A stretch of 64,000 nt of DNA from an uncultured Gemmatimonadaceae bacterium (GCA_963740355.1 CAVUDW010000003.1:512001-576000); one strand, 5' to 3'; numbered from the stretch's first letter, positions 10,311 to 19,886 are shown. Numbers and translations: made by a program. The notes: a model not told the origin generated them from the letters alone.

Positions 10311-10510
10311 TGCCCACCACAGCGCTCGAGCGTCTCGTGGATCGTCCGTATGAACGTGCACCGTGGTTGCCGCGCGCGCCGTGGTGCGCCGCCGTCGTGA
10401 AACGGACGGGCGCACCGCACCCCCGCCGCAGCCGCGACACGCTGCGGCATCCGTCGACAACTCGACGGTCGTGAAGACACCGCACCGGCGCATGCCGAAG
10501 GAGCACACGC

Positions 10511-10897
10511 ATGACCCTCATCCCGATCACATCGTCGAAGCCGCTCACATCACTGCTCGCCATGCAGCACGACGCACTGTCGCTGGATGCTTACGTCGGA
10601 ATCCCGGCAATGACGTCGTTCCTCCAGTGCTGGCGCACGCACGTTGCGCGCACCGTCTCCTTTCTCCATCGAGGGTTGCGCTGTCCGCGACTCACGTGTG
10701 AGGAATTCACGGAGGAGGCGCTTGTCATGGTCGCCGCACAGCTCCATGACTGCACGGCGCGTTCTGACTCCGCGCTGCACGCATGGGTGTCGGTTCGCAC
10801 AACGCAAGCGGTGCTGGAGTTGCAGTTCGATGCTCGGAGACACGCACCTGCCGAAAAGCGCGCACACTGTGATGGCGGCACAGGCTGGGCCGCGTGA
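10511..10897 (+). CDS. Sigma-70 region-2-like stand-alone protein (paralog of 49741-50127)
   Basis: AAGGAG RBS; EEFTEEAL...SALHAWVSVRTTQAVLEL resembles ECF region 2; a 128-aa paralog is present in the window. Confidence 0.6.
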   Translation: MTLIPITSSKPLTSLLAMQHDALSLDAYVGIPAMTSFLQCWRTHVARTVSFLHRGLRCPRLTCEEFTEEALVMVAAQLHDCTARSDSALHAWVSVRTTQAVLELQFDARRHAPAEKRAHCDGGTGWAA

Positions 10898-10925
10898 TGC
10901 AGACCACGGTGTGCGTGAGGCATCG

Positions 10926-11396
10926 ATGACGCACCGACGGGGAACACATCCGGCCATGCCTGCGGCCGCGTCCGTGCGGCCTGTACCACGGACGTCGGCG
11001 CGCAAGCGCGAAGCGTCGGAGCTCGAAGCGAAGCTGCTCGACGCCTTCAAGGTGCCGCCACCGCACTTCGTGGAGCAGACACCGGTGGTCCCGCTGGGTC
11101 ATGTGCCGGACGAGGCGCCACGAGTGACGGCGCTGCCGACGCGGCGTGCATGCCTGACCGTGACGCATCAGGACGCGGCGCTGCTCGTCGTGGCCCTGGG
11201 TGCAACGCTGCGGAACGGTGCTGGTGCCAATACCACGCTGAGCGCAGAGGAGGTGACCCGCGTACGACGCGTCGCTGCACTGCTCCACCGAATCCTGCCT
11301 TCGGCGGCACGCGATGCCATCCGGCAGCGTGCGGCGCGTATGTCGCCCGACTCGCACGCGCGAGCGCCGAGTGTCGCGGGTAGTGGCGCCCGCTGA
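10926..11396 (+). CDS. Hypothetical protein (probable paralog of 51551-51844)
   Basis: Shares the pattern TH..A..L..AL.AT.R...VR....L....P with 51551-51844. Confidence 0.5.
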   Translation: MTHRRGTHPAMPAAASVRPVPRTSARKREASELEAKLLDAFKVPPPHFVEQTPVVPLGHVPDEAPRVTALPTRRACLTVTHQDAALLVVALGATLRNGAGANTTLSAEEVTRVRRVAALLHRILPSAARDAIRQRAARMSPDSHARAPSVAGSGAR

Positions 11397-11649
11397 CGAC
11401 GACGGCACCAGCGAGGACAAAGATCGCAATGACGAGACAATGCCACACCGCCGCGATAACACAGTGGAAGGACAGCGATGCGCACCTGCATCGCGTCGAG
11501 CGCCTGCGTACCCGCGCGATGGCCACGAGGGCTGTCTGTCCGGGAACGAGCGAGATGCCGGAACATCGGCATGATCTGAGAGACAACGCACGAATCGCCG
11601 ACGCGAGCGTCGGGACAGTCGTCACCACACCACGCATGGAGTTCATCAC

Positions 11650-12387
11650 ATGACCGCTCGAATCCCGTCCGGCCCCGCACTCTCACGCGTGGATGACACG
11701 CAGCAGGCCGTCAATCGCGGCGTCGCCGCACTGATCGAGGAAACGCAAAGCGCATTGCGTACCGTCGCCGGCAGCCTGCTCGCGAGTCTGCTCGAGTATC
11801 CCTACTTTGGGCTGGCGCACGGGCACGCCACCCTGCGCGAGACGATCAGTCACGAGTGGCGCGGAGGACCGGCCGTCACTGGCATCCACCTGTGGCTCCG
11901 CCGCGTGGTCGCACACACGCTCGCGGTGGCGGATGCCGTCACGGCGGCCGACCGGGATACTGCAGTCCTCGCGGCAATCTGTCGCGAATTCGGCGCGTGT
12001 GCCGTGACACCGCCCGATGGCATCACGGTCTTCTCGCTCGCCGATCATGGGCCGCTGCCTGGCGCTGCGGCCTTCATGACGCGCCTGCAGGAGGCGATGA
12101 ATCGGCACGATCACATCGCCGCGGCCGAGGATGACGAGCTCACCAGGGTCATCGCGACGGTGCGCGAGCTCGAGCTGCATCCGTGGGTTCCTGTCACGTC
12201 GGTGGCCGCTGCCGTCGCAGTGGCTGGCCGCGCGAGTGCTGCGGCGCTGATCGGCGTGGCGGAGTCCACGGGGCCGCTCCGGCTGTCACGTCGTCACTCG
12301 CTCGCGAAGATCTCGTTCGGCCCACTCGGTGCAGTCGACACGCCTGCGCTGCAGACGGCTGGCGCGTCAGAGGCGCTGCCGTTCTGA
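11650..12387 (+). CDS. Degenerate HD-domain-like protein
   Basis: GGAG RBS; HTLAVA...DRDTAVLAAICREFG aligns with HSLQVA...DMDAVRLGGLLHDLG of 50392-51549, with HD replaced by RE. Confidence 0.55.
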   Translation: MTARIPSGPALSRVDDTQQAVNRGVAALIEETQSALRTVAGSLLASLLEYPYFGLAHGHATLRETISHEWRGGPAVTGIHLWLRRVVAHTLAVADAVTAADRDTAVLAAICREFGACAVTPPDGITVFSLADHGPLPGAAAFMTRLQEAMNRHDHIAAAEDDELTRVIATVRELELHPWVPVTSVAAAVAVAGRASAAALIGVAESTGPLRLSRRHSLAKISFGPLGAVDTPALQTAGASEALPF

Positions 12388-12467
12388 GGGTCGCGCGCAC
12401 CGTCCGGTCGCCACGACGGACGGTCCGTACCCCCACGGAGCGCGGCTCATCCTGCGATGTCGGCGTG

Positions 12468-12746
12468 ATGTACACGCCGAAGATCTCTCACACAGGAGCG
12501 CGCTTGGCAGACGAAATGAGTTCCGCAGGATCGCGTGCAGGTCGCGTGGTGCCGCAGGTACGGTACGCTCGGCTCTGGAAGTCGCTGGTGTCGGGAAGCG
12601 TCCCGCCCCGCTCGGCGGACGTGGCGCAATGGTATCGTGCCGCGCAGCACGTGCTTGGTCCGGTGCTGCACGAAGCGCAGGTCGAGCGCATCGTCGAAAA
12701 TGGCGACGGTCGGCCCATGTGGGACGAAACGCAAACCGCCGCCTAG
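12468..12746 (+). CDS. Small hypothetical protein
   Basis: Co-oriented last ORF of the backbone module with protein-like composition; start uncertain. Confidence 0.35.
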   Translation: MYTPKISHTGARLADEMSSAGSRAGRVVPQVRYARLWKSLVSGSVPPRSADVAQWYRAAQHVLGPVLHEAQVERIVENGDGRPMWDETQTAA

Positions 12747-12905
12747 TACGACGGCGTTGAAAGTGCGCAGCTCCCCGATGTCAGGGCCACGAGGGCTCTC
12801 GTCGTCGGCCGGCTGCGCGCTTTGCGTTGCGCCGGATTCGCAGCGCGCGCTGACATGCTCTCGCGCTTCGGCTGGGTGGGCCCTTTCCCACGCGCGACCG
12901 AAGGG

Positions 12906-13026
12906 TACACCTCGTAGTCACTCCGAGCTCAAGGAGCGGATCATCGCGGTGGCTCCCTCAACGACGGCAAGCGACCTCACAATCGGCGTGCTGGCGGCCC
13001 GGACCGGCTGCACGGTGGACGCGATC
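12906..13026 (+). pseudogene. Decayed MerR operator plus 5' fragment of a CadR-like gene
   Basis: Nucleotide copy of 39031-39151 (DLTIGVLAARTGCT) with start ATG changed to ATC and a mutated dyad. Confidence 0.8.
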
Positions 13027-13122
13027 ACCTCGACTCGCTGGTTTGCACGGGGCGTCACGCGGAATACGTGCGGCATTCGCTGGAATCATCGTCGCGCAAA
13101 GGTGCGGGTCAGGTAAACAGCT

Positions 13123-13578
13123 TTATCGGTCGAGATCACGGATCAGCGCCTTCATCTCGCCGATCTCGCGCACCTGTGCCTCGATGATTCCATCGGCCAG
13201 CTTCCGCACGCGAGGATCGGAAATGTGCGCGCGCTCGCTCGTCAGGATAGCAATCGAGTGATGTGGGATCATCGCCCTCATCCACGACACGTCGCCCACG
13301 GTCGCCTGGCTGCGCACAAGCCAGAGCGCGACGGCGAACACCACGGCGCTGCCGCCGAAGATCCAGGCGTTCAGTCGGCTATCGTTGTACATGCCGCGCA
13401 TGAACACCAGCATGATCACCGCCATCGTCGCGCCCATCACCAGGGCCATCCAGGCGCGCGTCTGGCTGAAGAACACATGATCCAGCGCATAGGTATTCAG
13501 GTACATCAAACCGAACATGACCACGGTTGAGACTGCGATCATGCCAGCGAAGCGCCGGTACGGACTAGTGGAATTCAC
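13123..13578 (-). CDS. DUF305 domain membrane protein
   Basis: WMRAMIPHHSIAI and AQVREIGEM motifs; downstream of copB. Confidence 0.85.
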   Translation of the reverse strand: MNSTSPYRRFAGMIAVSTVVMFGLMYLNTYALDHVFFSQTRAWMALVMGATMAVIMLVFMRGMYNDSRLNAWIFGGSAVVFAVALWLVRSQATVGDVSWMRAMIPHHSIAILTSERAHISDPRVRKLADGIIEAQVREIGEMKALIRDLDR

Positions 13579-13761
13579 TCTTTACGTCCTGTGCATTGTT
13601 GAGTGACGATTGCGCGACGCTGTTACCCGGTGGCCGCTGTTCGAGTGTGTCTGGTGGCAAGCCTTGCGCCAGTCGCAGACGCATCCGCCCGGACGGCTTC
13701 CGGGTGCCGCGCAGCTACCACACCAGGCGAGCGCCACTGTCGAGAAACCTGCGGTGCCACG

Positions 13762-15868
13762 CTACAACTTCGCGCGCCGCAGGAGTTGCGCGTTCGCGGC
13801 CACGATGATCGTGGAGAGTGACATCAGACCCAGCCGCCATCGCCGGCGTCAGCGTGAGTCCCCACCGCGCGAATACCCCAGCCGCAAGCGGAATCGCGAC
13901 GACGTTGTATCCTGCGGCCCACCACAGATTCTGTACCATCTTCCGATAGCTGGCGCGTGAGAGCGTGATGATACGCGCCACATCGCGTGGATCACTGCGC
14001 ACCAGCACCACGTCGCCCGCCTCGACCGCGACGTCGGTGCCGGCACCAATCGCGACACCGACGTCAGCCGTTACCAGCGCTGGCGCATCGTTCACGCCGT
14101 CGCCCACCATCGCGACGCGCGTTCCGGCCTTCTGCAGCGCTTCGATCTTCGACGCCTTGTCCTGTGGCAGCACCTGCGACAACACGGTCGTGATGCCGAG
14201 TGTCTTCGCGACGGCGTCGGCCACCGCCTTCGAGTCGCCAGTCATCATCACCACGTCGATGCCCGCCTTCTGCAGCGCCATCACCGCGGCAGCCGACTCA
14301 GGCCGGACCGCGTCCGCGACCGCGAAGGCCGCGCGCGCCTGACCACCTTCGACCAGGTAGATCACGCCCTGGCCCTTCGCGGCTGCATCACGCTCGAACG
14401 CCGAGAGGGCCTGAGACGGCTGGACCTTCAGCTGTGCCAGCAGGTTCGGCCCGCCGACCGAGAGTGCACGACCTTCCACAGTCGCGCTGACACCGTGCCC
14501 AGGGATGGCCATGAAGGTCGTCGCCACCGGCACGTCGAGCTTTGCATCAACCGCACTCTGGACGATGGCACGTGCGACGGGGTGCTCGGCGTCGCGCTCG
14601 ACGCTTGCGGCGAGGCGCAGCGCATCTGCCTCAGTCATGCCATCGAGCACCTGCGTCGCGACCACGCGGTGCGCGCCGAGCGTGAGCGTGCCGGTCTTGT
14701 CGAAGACTACGGTCGTGAGATTCCTCGCGTCCTCGAATCCGACGCGATCACGCACCAACAGCCCATTCCGCGCGCCGAGCGTGGTCGAGATCGCAAGCAC
14801 CAGCGGCACGGCGAGGCCGAGGGCGTGCGGGCACGCGATCACGAGCACCGAGACCAATCGCTCCACCGCCATGGCCGGCCCGGCACCGAGGCTGATCCAG
14901 ACCACGAACGTCATTAGGCCGCATCCCAGCGCGACCCAGGTCAACCAGAATGCGGCGCGATCCGCCAGTGCCTGTGCGCGCGACTTCGAGTTCTGCGCCT
15001 GCTCCACCAGCCGCATGATCCCCGCGAGCGCGGTGCGGGTCCCGGTCCCAGTGACCTCGATTCGCAGCGACCCGGAGCCGTTGACCGTGCCCGCCAGCAC
15101 CTTCGCCCCGACCGTCTTCCCGACCGGGGCCGATTCGCCCGTCACGAGTGCCTCGTTCACGGCGCTTTCGCCGGCGCGCACCACGCCATCGGCAGGAATC
15201 GCTGCCCCAGGGCGGACCAGCAGCATGTCCGCATCGAGCAGCACCGTGACCGGCACATCCTCGAGCGTCTCGGAGGGGCCCTGCCCCGTCACGCGCGTCG
15301 CCATGTCGGGCAGCAATTTCGCGAGCTCGCCCAACGCGCCCTGCGCCTGATTGATCGAGCGCATTTCGAGCCAGTGGCCCAACAGCATGATCGTCACGAG
15401 GGATGCCAACTCTTCCCATAGCGGCATACCGGGAAATCCGAACAGCACTGCCGCGCTGAATGCGAAGGCCACACTGATCGCGAGGGCGATCAAGACCATC
15501 ATCCCAGGCAGGCGGTCGCGGACTTCCTGTAGCGCGCCTCGGAGAAACGGAAGGCCCCCATAGGCGAACACCGCCGAGCCGAACAGCGCCGGGACGTACG
15601 TGACGCCGGGGAACGCCGGCGCCGTGTAGTGCAGCGCGCTCTGCAGCATGTGGCCCCACACCAGCGTCGGAATCGTCAGCACGAGCGAGATCCAGAACTT
15701 GTCCCGGAACATCGCCACGGAGTGACCGGCATGCCGACTGTGCCCGCTCGCCATGGCGTCGTGGCCACCGTGCGGCTCGGGCGTTCCGCTGGGTGGCGAG
15801 TGAGACATGCCATGCCCCATCGGCGTGTCGGCGGGCATTGAATGCCCGTGCATCGCATGTTCGTCCAT
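13762..15868 (-). CDS. copB: Copper-translocating P1B-3 ATPase (CopB-type); +1 frameshift near 13830 in the last TM helix
   Basis: His-rich N-terminus, TGES, CPH, DKTGT, GDGVND, YNVVAIPLA; GGAGGAG RBS; the C-terminus LMSLSTIIVAANAQLLR lies in a shifted frame ending TAG at 13762. Confidence 0.88.
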
Positions 15869-15951
15869 CGATCTCCTCCGCGGCGGGCGCGCCGGTCTGT
15901 GGACGCGCCGGTTCAGCGCTTCCTCGGCACGCTCTTGAGAAGTGCCGGGCA

Positions 15952-15966
15952 TTTATGCATCATAAA
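15952..15966. promoter_or_regulatory. Palindromic operator TTTATG-CAT-CATAAA between divergent copB and the BlaI-like gene
   Basis: Perfect 6-3-6 inverted repeat; the motif recurs at 18241, 18267, 19790 and 19872. Confidence 0.7.
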
Positions 15967-16007
15967 GGATCGCGTTCCTTCCCGCGCCGAACTCTCGAGG
16001 TCCCTCC

Positions 16008-16499
16008 GTGGTGAAACGCAAGTCCCCCAGCGCCGGAACCGGCGGCTCGGCAGGATCACCCGCAGCTCGTGTACCCGTGACTCCACAGTTGCAGGACACG
16101 GTCCGTCTCTCCGCGGCAGGGCTTGCGAAGGTGCTTGGCGATCTCGAGGCGCGCGTGATGCGCGCCGTGTGGGCGCTCGCGCGTCCGGTCAGCGCTCGGA
16201 TCGTGCATGAGGAGGTTGCACGCACGCACGCCGTCGCGCTGCTGACGGTGGTCACCGTACTCAACAAGCTCGTGACCAAGCGCATGCTCATTCGCAAGTC
16301 ACAGGATGGGCTGTTGCACTTCGAGGCGTTGATGAGCGAGCAGGCGTTCATGGCGCATGCCAGCCGACGCGTCGTGGAAGGGATCCTGTCATTCGATCCT
16401 GATGCCGTGGCTGCGTCGTTCGTCGACGTCCTCGCGTCGCGCGATCCCGCGCAACTCGAAGAGCTCGCGCGCCTCATACAGCAGCGCTTGGCGCCCTGA
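16008..16499 (+). CDS. BlaI/MecI/CopY family transcriptional repressor
   Basis: LGDLEARVMRAVW, TVVTVLNKLVTKRML winged helix; no C-terminal CxC motif. Confidence 0.88.
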   Translation: MVKRKSPSAGTGGSAGSPAARVPVTPQLQDTVRLSAAGLAKVLGDLEARVMRAVWALARPVSARIVHEEVARTHAVALLTVVTVLNKLVTKRMLIRKSQDGLLHFEALMSEQAFMAHASRRVVEGILSFDPDAVAASFVDVLASRDPAQLEELARLIQQRLAP

Positions 16500-16536
16500 C
16501 GGCCACGCCGAGCCGAATACTGTGACGCCCCCCGTC

Positions 16537-17580
16537 ATGCGCCGCGAGTTCCTCCGCCGGACCGTGGAAGGTCATGAGGCGCGACATCGGCGTCGCGTGC
16601 TGGTCGTGACCGGCATCCTCACACTCGTCGCGATCAGTCCGGTGCTAGGGCACCACCTGACCACACGACTGACCTCCGCGTTCGCGGGCTACGAGCACAT
16701 TTGGATCGTGTGCCTCGTTGCGCTGCACGAGTTGCTGGCGCCGGTGCATACGGCATTTCACATCTTGCTGCTGGCTGGGATTACTTACGCCGTGGCCGAC
16801 CGCACGCGAGCATGGTACCGCGTTCGGCGAACGCTGCGGGTGCTCGAGTCGCGACCGGCGACGCCTGACGACACCGTCTGGTCGGCCAGTGAAGCGAGCG
16901 GCATCCCGGTTGACGTGCTCCGACTGGCGAGCGGGCTGCCGAATCCTGCATTCACGACTGGCTGGCTAAGCCCCGTCATCTACGTCGATACGCAACTTCA
17001 ATCGGCGCTGACGGAGCGGCAACTCGCCGCGGTCCTGCTGCACGAGTATGCGCACGTGCTTCGTCGTGACCCTGCGCGACTGACACTGTTGCGCGCGCTC
17101 GGCTGCCTGTTGTTCTGGCTCCCCGCGTTACGCCGCCTCGCACGGGACGTCGCCGACGATGCCGAGATTGCGGCCGATAATTTTGCAGCGCGAGGCGACC
17201 CGGTCGTGCTGGCGTCAGCGATCCTGCGGCTCGCACAGTGGCCTTCACTCGACGGGCGACAGGCACAGTCCGACCTCCCCGACAACGGGCGCAGCGTCGT
17301 CGGATTTCAGCGCGACGTGATGCTGGACCGCCGCATTCACCGACTGCTCGGCAACGACGCGCCGATTGTGACGCATGTGACGTGGCGATCCATCTTTGCG
17401 GCCAGTGTCGGGTTGATGCTTGCCTGGTCGTCGGGGATGGCAGTCGCCCATCCCATGACCGACGCGAGCAAGCACTGCACCCATCAACATGAGTGGGCGT
17501 ACGAGCACCTGTTCTGCCTTGCGGAGCGCCCGGATGGGCAGGATACGATTTGCCCGCACGAGCGCCGCCTCGCGCCCTGA
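16537..17580 (+). CDS. M56 family (BlaR1/MecR1-like) membrane metallopeptidase with His/Cys-rich C-terminal tail
   Basis: AFTTGWLSPVIYV, HEYAH, EIAAD, RIHRL; tail HCTHQHEWAYEHLFC...CPH. Confidence 0.85.
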   Translation: MRREFLRRTVEGHEARHRRRVLVVTGILTLVAISPVLGHHLTTRLTSAFAGYEHIWIVCLVALHELLAPVHTAFHILLLAGITYAVADRTRAWYRVRRTLRVLESRPATPDDTVWSASEASGIPVDVLRLASGLPNPAFTTGWLSPVIYVDTQLQSALTERQLAAVLLHEYAHVLRRDPARLTLLRALGCLLFWLPALRRLARDVADDAEIAADNFAARGDPVVLASAILRLAQWPSLDGRQAQSDLPDNGRSVVGFQRDVMLDRRIHRLLGNDAPIVTHVTWRSIFAASVGLMLAWSSGMAVAHPMTDASKHCTHQHEWAYEHLFCLAERPDGQDTICPHERRLAP

Positions 17581-17677
17581 ACACCGTCGGAGCGGTCAAC
17601 GTGACATCAGGCTCGCGACACAAAGCTGCTACATCCGGATCACCCCCTGCCGTTCAACCATCTCGCACGAGTTTTCA

Positions 17678-18205
17678 ATGCTCGCCCTCCTCGGCATTCT
17701 CGCGGCGCTCAGCGCTTCGTCCGCCCATCCCACTGCTGAGGGCATGCCCCGCGCGTCAGCAACGGCGCCGCGCCTCGGTATGATCGCCACGGTTGTCGCG
17801 AGCTCAACCGCCCTGGCCGTCAGTGATTCCGCAGACGTGGCTCAGGTGGTCGCGGCCTTCCATGCCGCCCTTGCCGCCGGCGACGGCGCGGCAGCGCTCC
17901 GGTTGCTGGCTCCCGACGCCATCATCCAGGAGAGTGGTGGCGTCGAGTCTCGAGCCGACTACGAGAGCCATCACCTGTCCGGCGACATCGAGTTCGCGCG
18001 GGCCGTGCCGTCGACGCGGAGCGCACTCCGTGTCGTCACCGACGGCAATGTTGCATGGATCTCGAGCACCAGCGTGACGAAGGGCACGTTTCGCACTCGC
18101 GCCATCAATTCGGTCGGCGCCGAGCTCATGATCCTGTCACGCACGAGCGGCACGTGGCGCATCCGAGCGATTCACTGGTCGTCTCGAGCAGCCAAGGGGG
18201 CGTGA
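17678..18205 (+). CDS. Secreted NTF2/SnoaL-like (DUF4440-type) protein
   Basis: Signal peptide, FHAALAAGD, YESHHL, WRIRAIHWSS. Confidence 0.75.
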   Translation: MLALLGILAALSASSAHPTAEGMPRASATAPRLGMIATVVASSTALAVSDSADVAQVVAAFHAALAAGDGAAALRLLAPDAIIQESGGVESRADYESHHLSGDIEFARAVPSTRSALRVVTDGNVAWISSTSVTKGTFRTRAINSVGAELMILSRTSGTWRIRAIHWSSRAAKGA

Positions 18206-18240
18206 CGACCGGTCGCGTGTAGGAGCAATCCTCCGCACGC

Positions 18241-18281
18241 TTGACGCGGCGTAAAGGGCTCAATAGTTTAGGCACCGTAAA
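18241..18281 (+). promoter_or_regulatory. Sigma70 promoter TTGACG-N17-TAGTTT overlapped by two operator copies
   Basis: -35 at 18241-18246, -10 at 18264-18269; TTGACG-CGG-CGTAAA (18241-18255) and TTTAGG-CAC-CGTAAA (18267-18281). Confidence 0.65.
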
Positions 18282-18403
18282 GCCGGATGGGTTCGCTTGC
18301 CTCGACGTTCGTGAATCGATGTGCAGGAATCCAGGCACGCGGTATCGGTCATCGCAGCGTGGTGACCAGCGTCTGACGGCTTCACGTTCGCGCGGAGAGC
18401 GTT

Positions 18404-19204
18404 ATGAGCTTCTCGTCTGCTGCTGCAAGGTTGGATGCGATTGCGCCGTTGAATTCCCTGCTGCGTCTGCGATATCAGCGGCGGTTCCGTACAGCACATG
18501 GGGCAGGTTGCTGGTCCGGCGTATACCCGAGCTTTTCCACGGCGCTCCAGGCTGCGCCGCGATCCGCACCTGTGGGATACGATCACTCGAGCGCCGCCAC
18601 GCTCTACGATGACATGCTGGATCGCGTGCAGCCGAAGGACTATCCAGTGCTCTACTGGCTTCGTCGCTGTCTGCGCCCGGGCGCGTCGCTCTTCGATTTC
18701 GGTGGGAGCGCTGGCGTCTCGTTTTACGCGTATCGTCGCTATGTCGCCGATCTGGCACCTGATCCATGGATCGTGTGCGACACGCCCTCTGTCGTAGAGG
18801 TGGGCCGCGCGCGCGCCGCCCGTGGCGATGCGAATCAACTGCGATTCACGAGTGAGTTCGCTGACGCAAGTGGATGCGACGTGCTGTTTACTGCGGGCAC
18901 ACTTCAGTATGTGGAGCCGTCATTCCACGACATGGTGACAGGGCTTCCGCGAAAGCCGGATCACATCATCGTGAACATGCTGCCAACGCTTCCCGACAGA
19001 ACGATCATCACGCTGCAGAACATCGGTGTGAGTTTCTGCCCTTACCGAATCATCGAGCGAGGCGCGCTTGCTCAATCGCTTGAATCCGTGGGCTACGCGC
19101 TCGAAGATTCGTGGGTGAACCCCGAGGGGCGTACAAAGCTTCCGTATGCGGAAGGGGTGCCGGAGATCACGTGGATCGGCCAGTATTTCAGACGCACAAG
19201 CTGA
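18404..19204 (+). CDS. Putative SAM-dependent methyltransferase (TIGR04325/LIC12133-like)
   Basis: DYPVLYWL, FDFGGSAG, AGTLQY, TLQNIG..CPYRI. Confidence 0.75.
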   Translation: MSFSSAAARLDAIAPLNSLLRLRYQRRFRTAHGAGCWSGVYPSFSTALQAAPRSAPVGYDHSSAATLYDDMLDRVQPKDYPVLYWLRRCLRPGASLFDFGGSAGVSFYAYRRYVADLAPDPWIVCDTPSVVEVGRARAARGDANQLRFTSEFADASGCDVLFTAGTLQYVEPSFHDMVTGLPRKPDHIIVNMLPTLPDRTIITLQNIGVSFCPYRIIERGALAQSLESVGYALEDSWVNPEGRTKLPYAEGVPEITWIGQYFRRTS

Positions 19205-19247
19205 TCTCCTCGCGCGCGCGGTCTGTGATTGCCTTCGCGCCGTTTCG

Positions 19248-19742
19248 CTATCTCGGCGCGGCAGTCTGCGGCCTCGGACAGGGATGCGAGTAGTGGATGT
19301 GTCGCACCACCCACGTCGAGTCGCGACGCACCCACACCATAGTCTCATTGCCGGCGGCCGTGATCGATTTACCCTTGACTGTCGCGCGGATGTCGTACTC
19401 GCGCGTGACGAGCGCCATGTCCGGTCCCGCGGTGACGCGCACGTTGCTGAAAGTCGCGGTGGCGTTGTCGAACTCCTCGACTTCGGGACGGAGGTGATTG
19501 TCCCAGACATCCTGCAGGCCGACGTTGCGGACGCTGTGCTCGTACAACACGACGTCGTCGGCCAGCATCGCCTTCAGAGCGACGAGATTCTTCGATGTCA
19601 TCGCGACGTTCTAGCGCTCGACGGCCGCCCGCACCGCCGCCTCTGGGGCTTGCGCACCGAGCCTATCGCCGGTCGTACCAAGCACGGCGGCTCCGAGGGC
19701 AAGGACCAGTGCGCGATGGCGAAGGAATTGGCGACTCGACAC
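19248..19742 (-). pseudogene. Secreted NTF2-like (DUF4440-type) protein with an in-frame TAG at 19611-19613
   Basis: GGAG RBS and GTG start, signal peptide, then VER*NVAMTSK in frame with the NTF2 domain (WVVRHIHYS). Confidence 0.7.
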
Positions 19743-19789
19743 GGGGACGCTCCAGGGCGACGGGGGAACTTCGGCACGACACCAGGTGT

Positions 19790-19886
19790 TTTATGCGCCA
19801 TAAACTCGCTGGCGGTTCTGCGCATGTCAAGCGACGCGGGCGCATTGACGGCGGCAGCGTCAAGATACTATTTTATGACGCGTAAA
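19790..19886. promoter_or_regulatory. Divergent promoter region with two operator copies
   Basis: TTTATG-CGC-CATAAA (19790-19804), TTTATG-ACG-CGTAAA (19872-19886); TTGACG at 19845. Confidence 0.65.
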
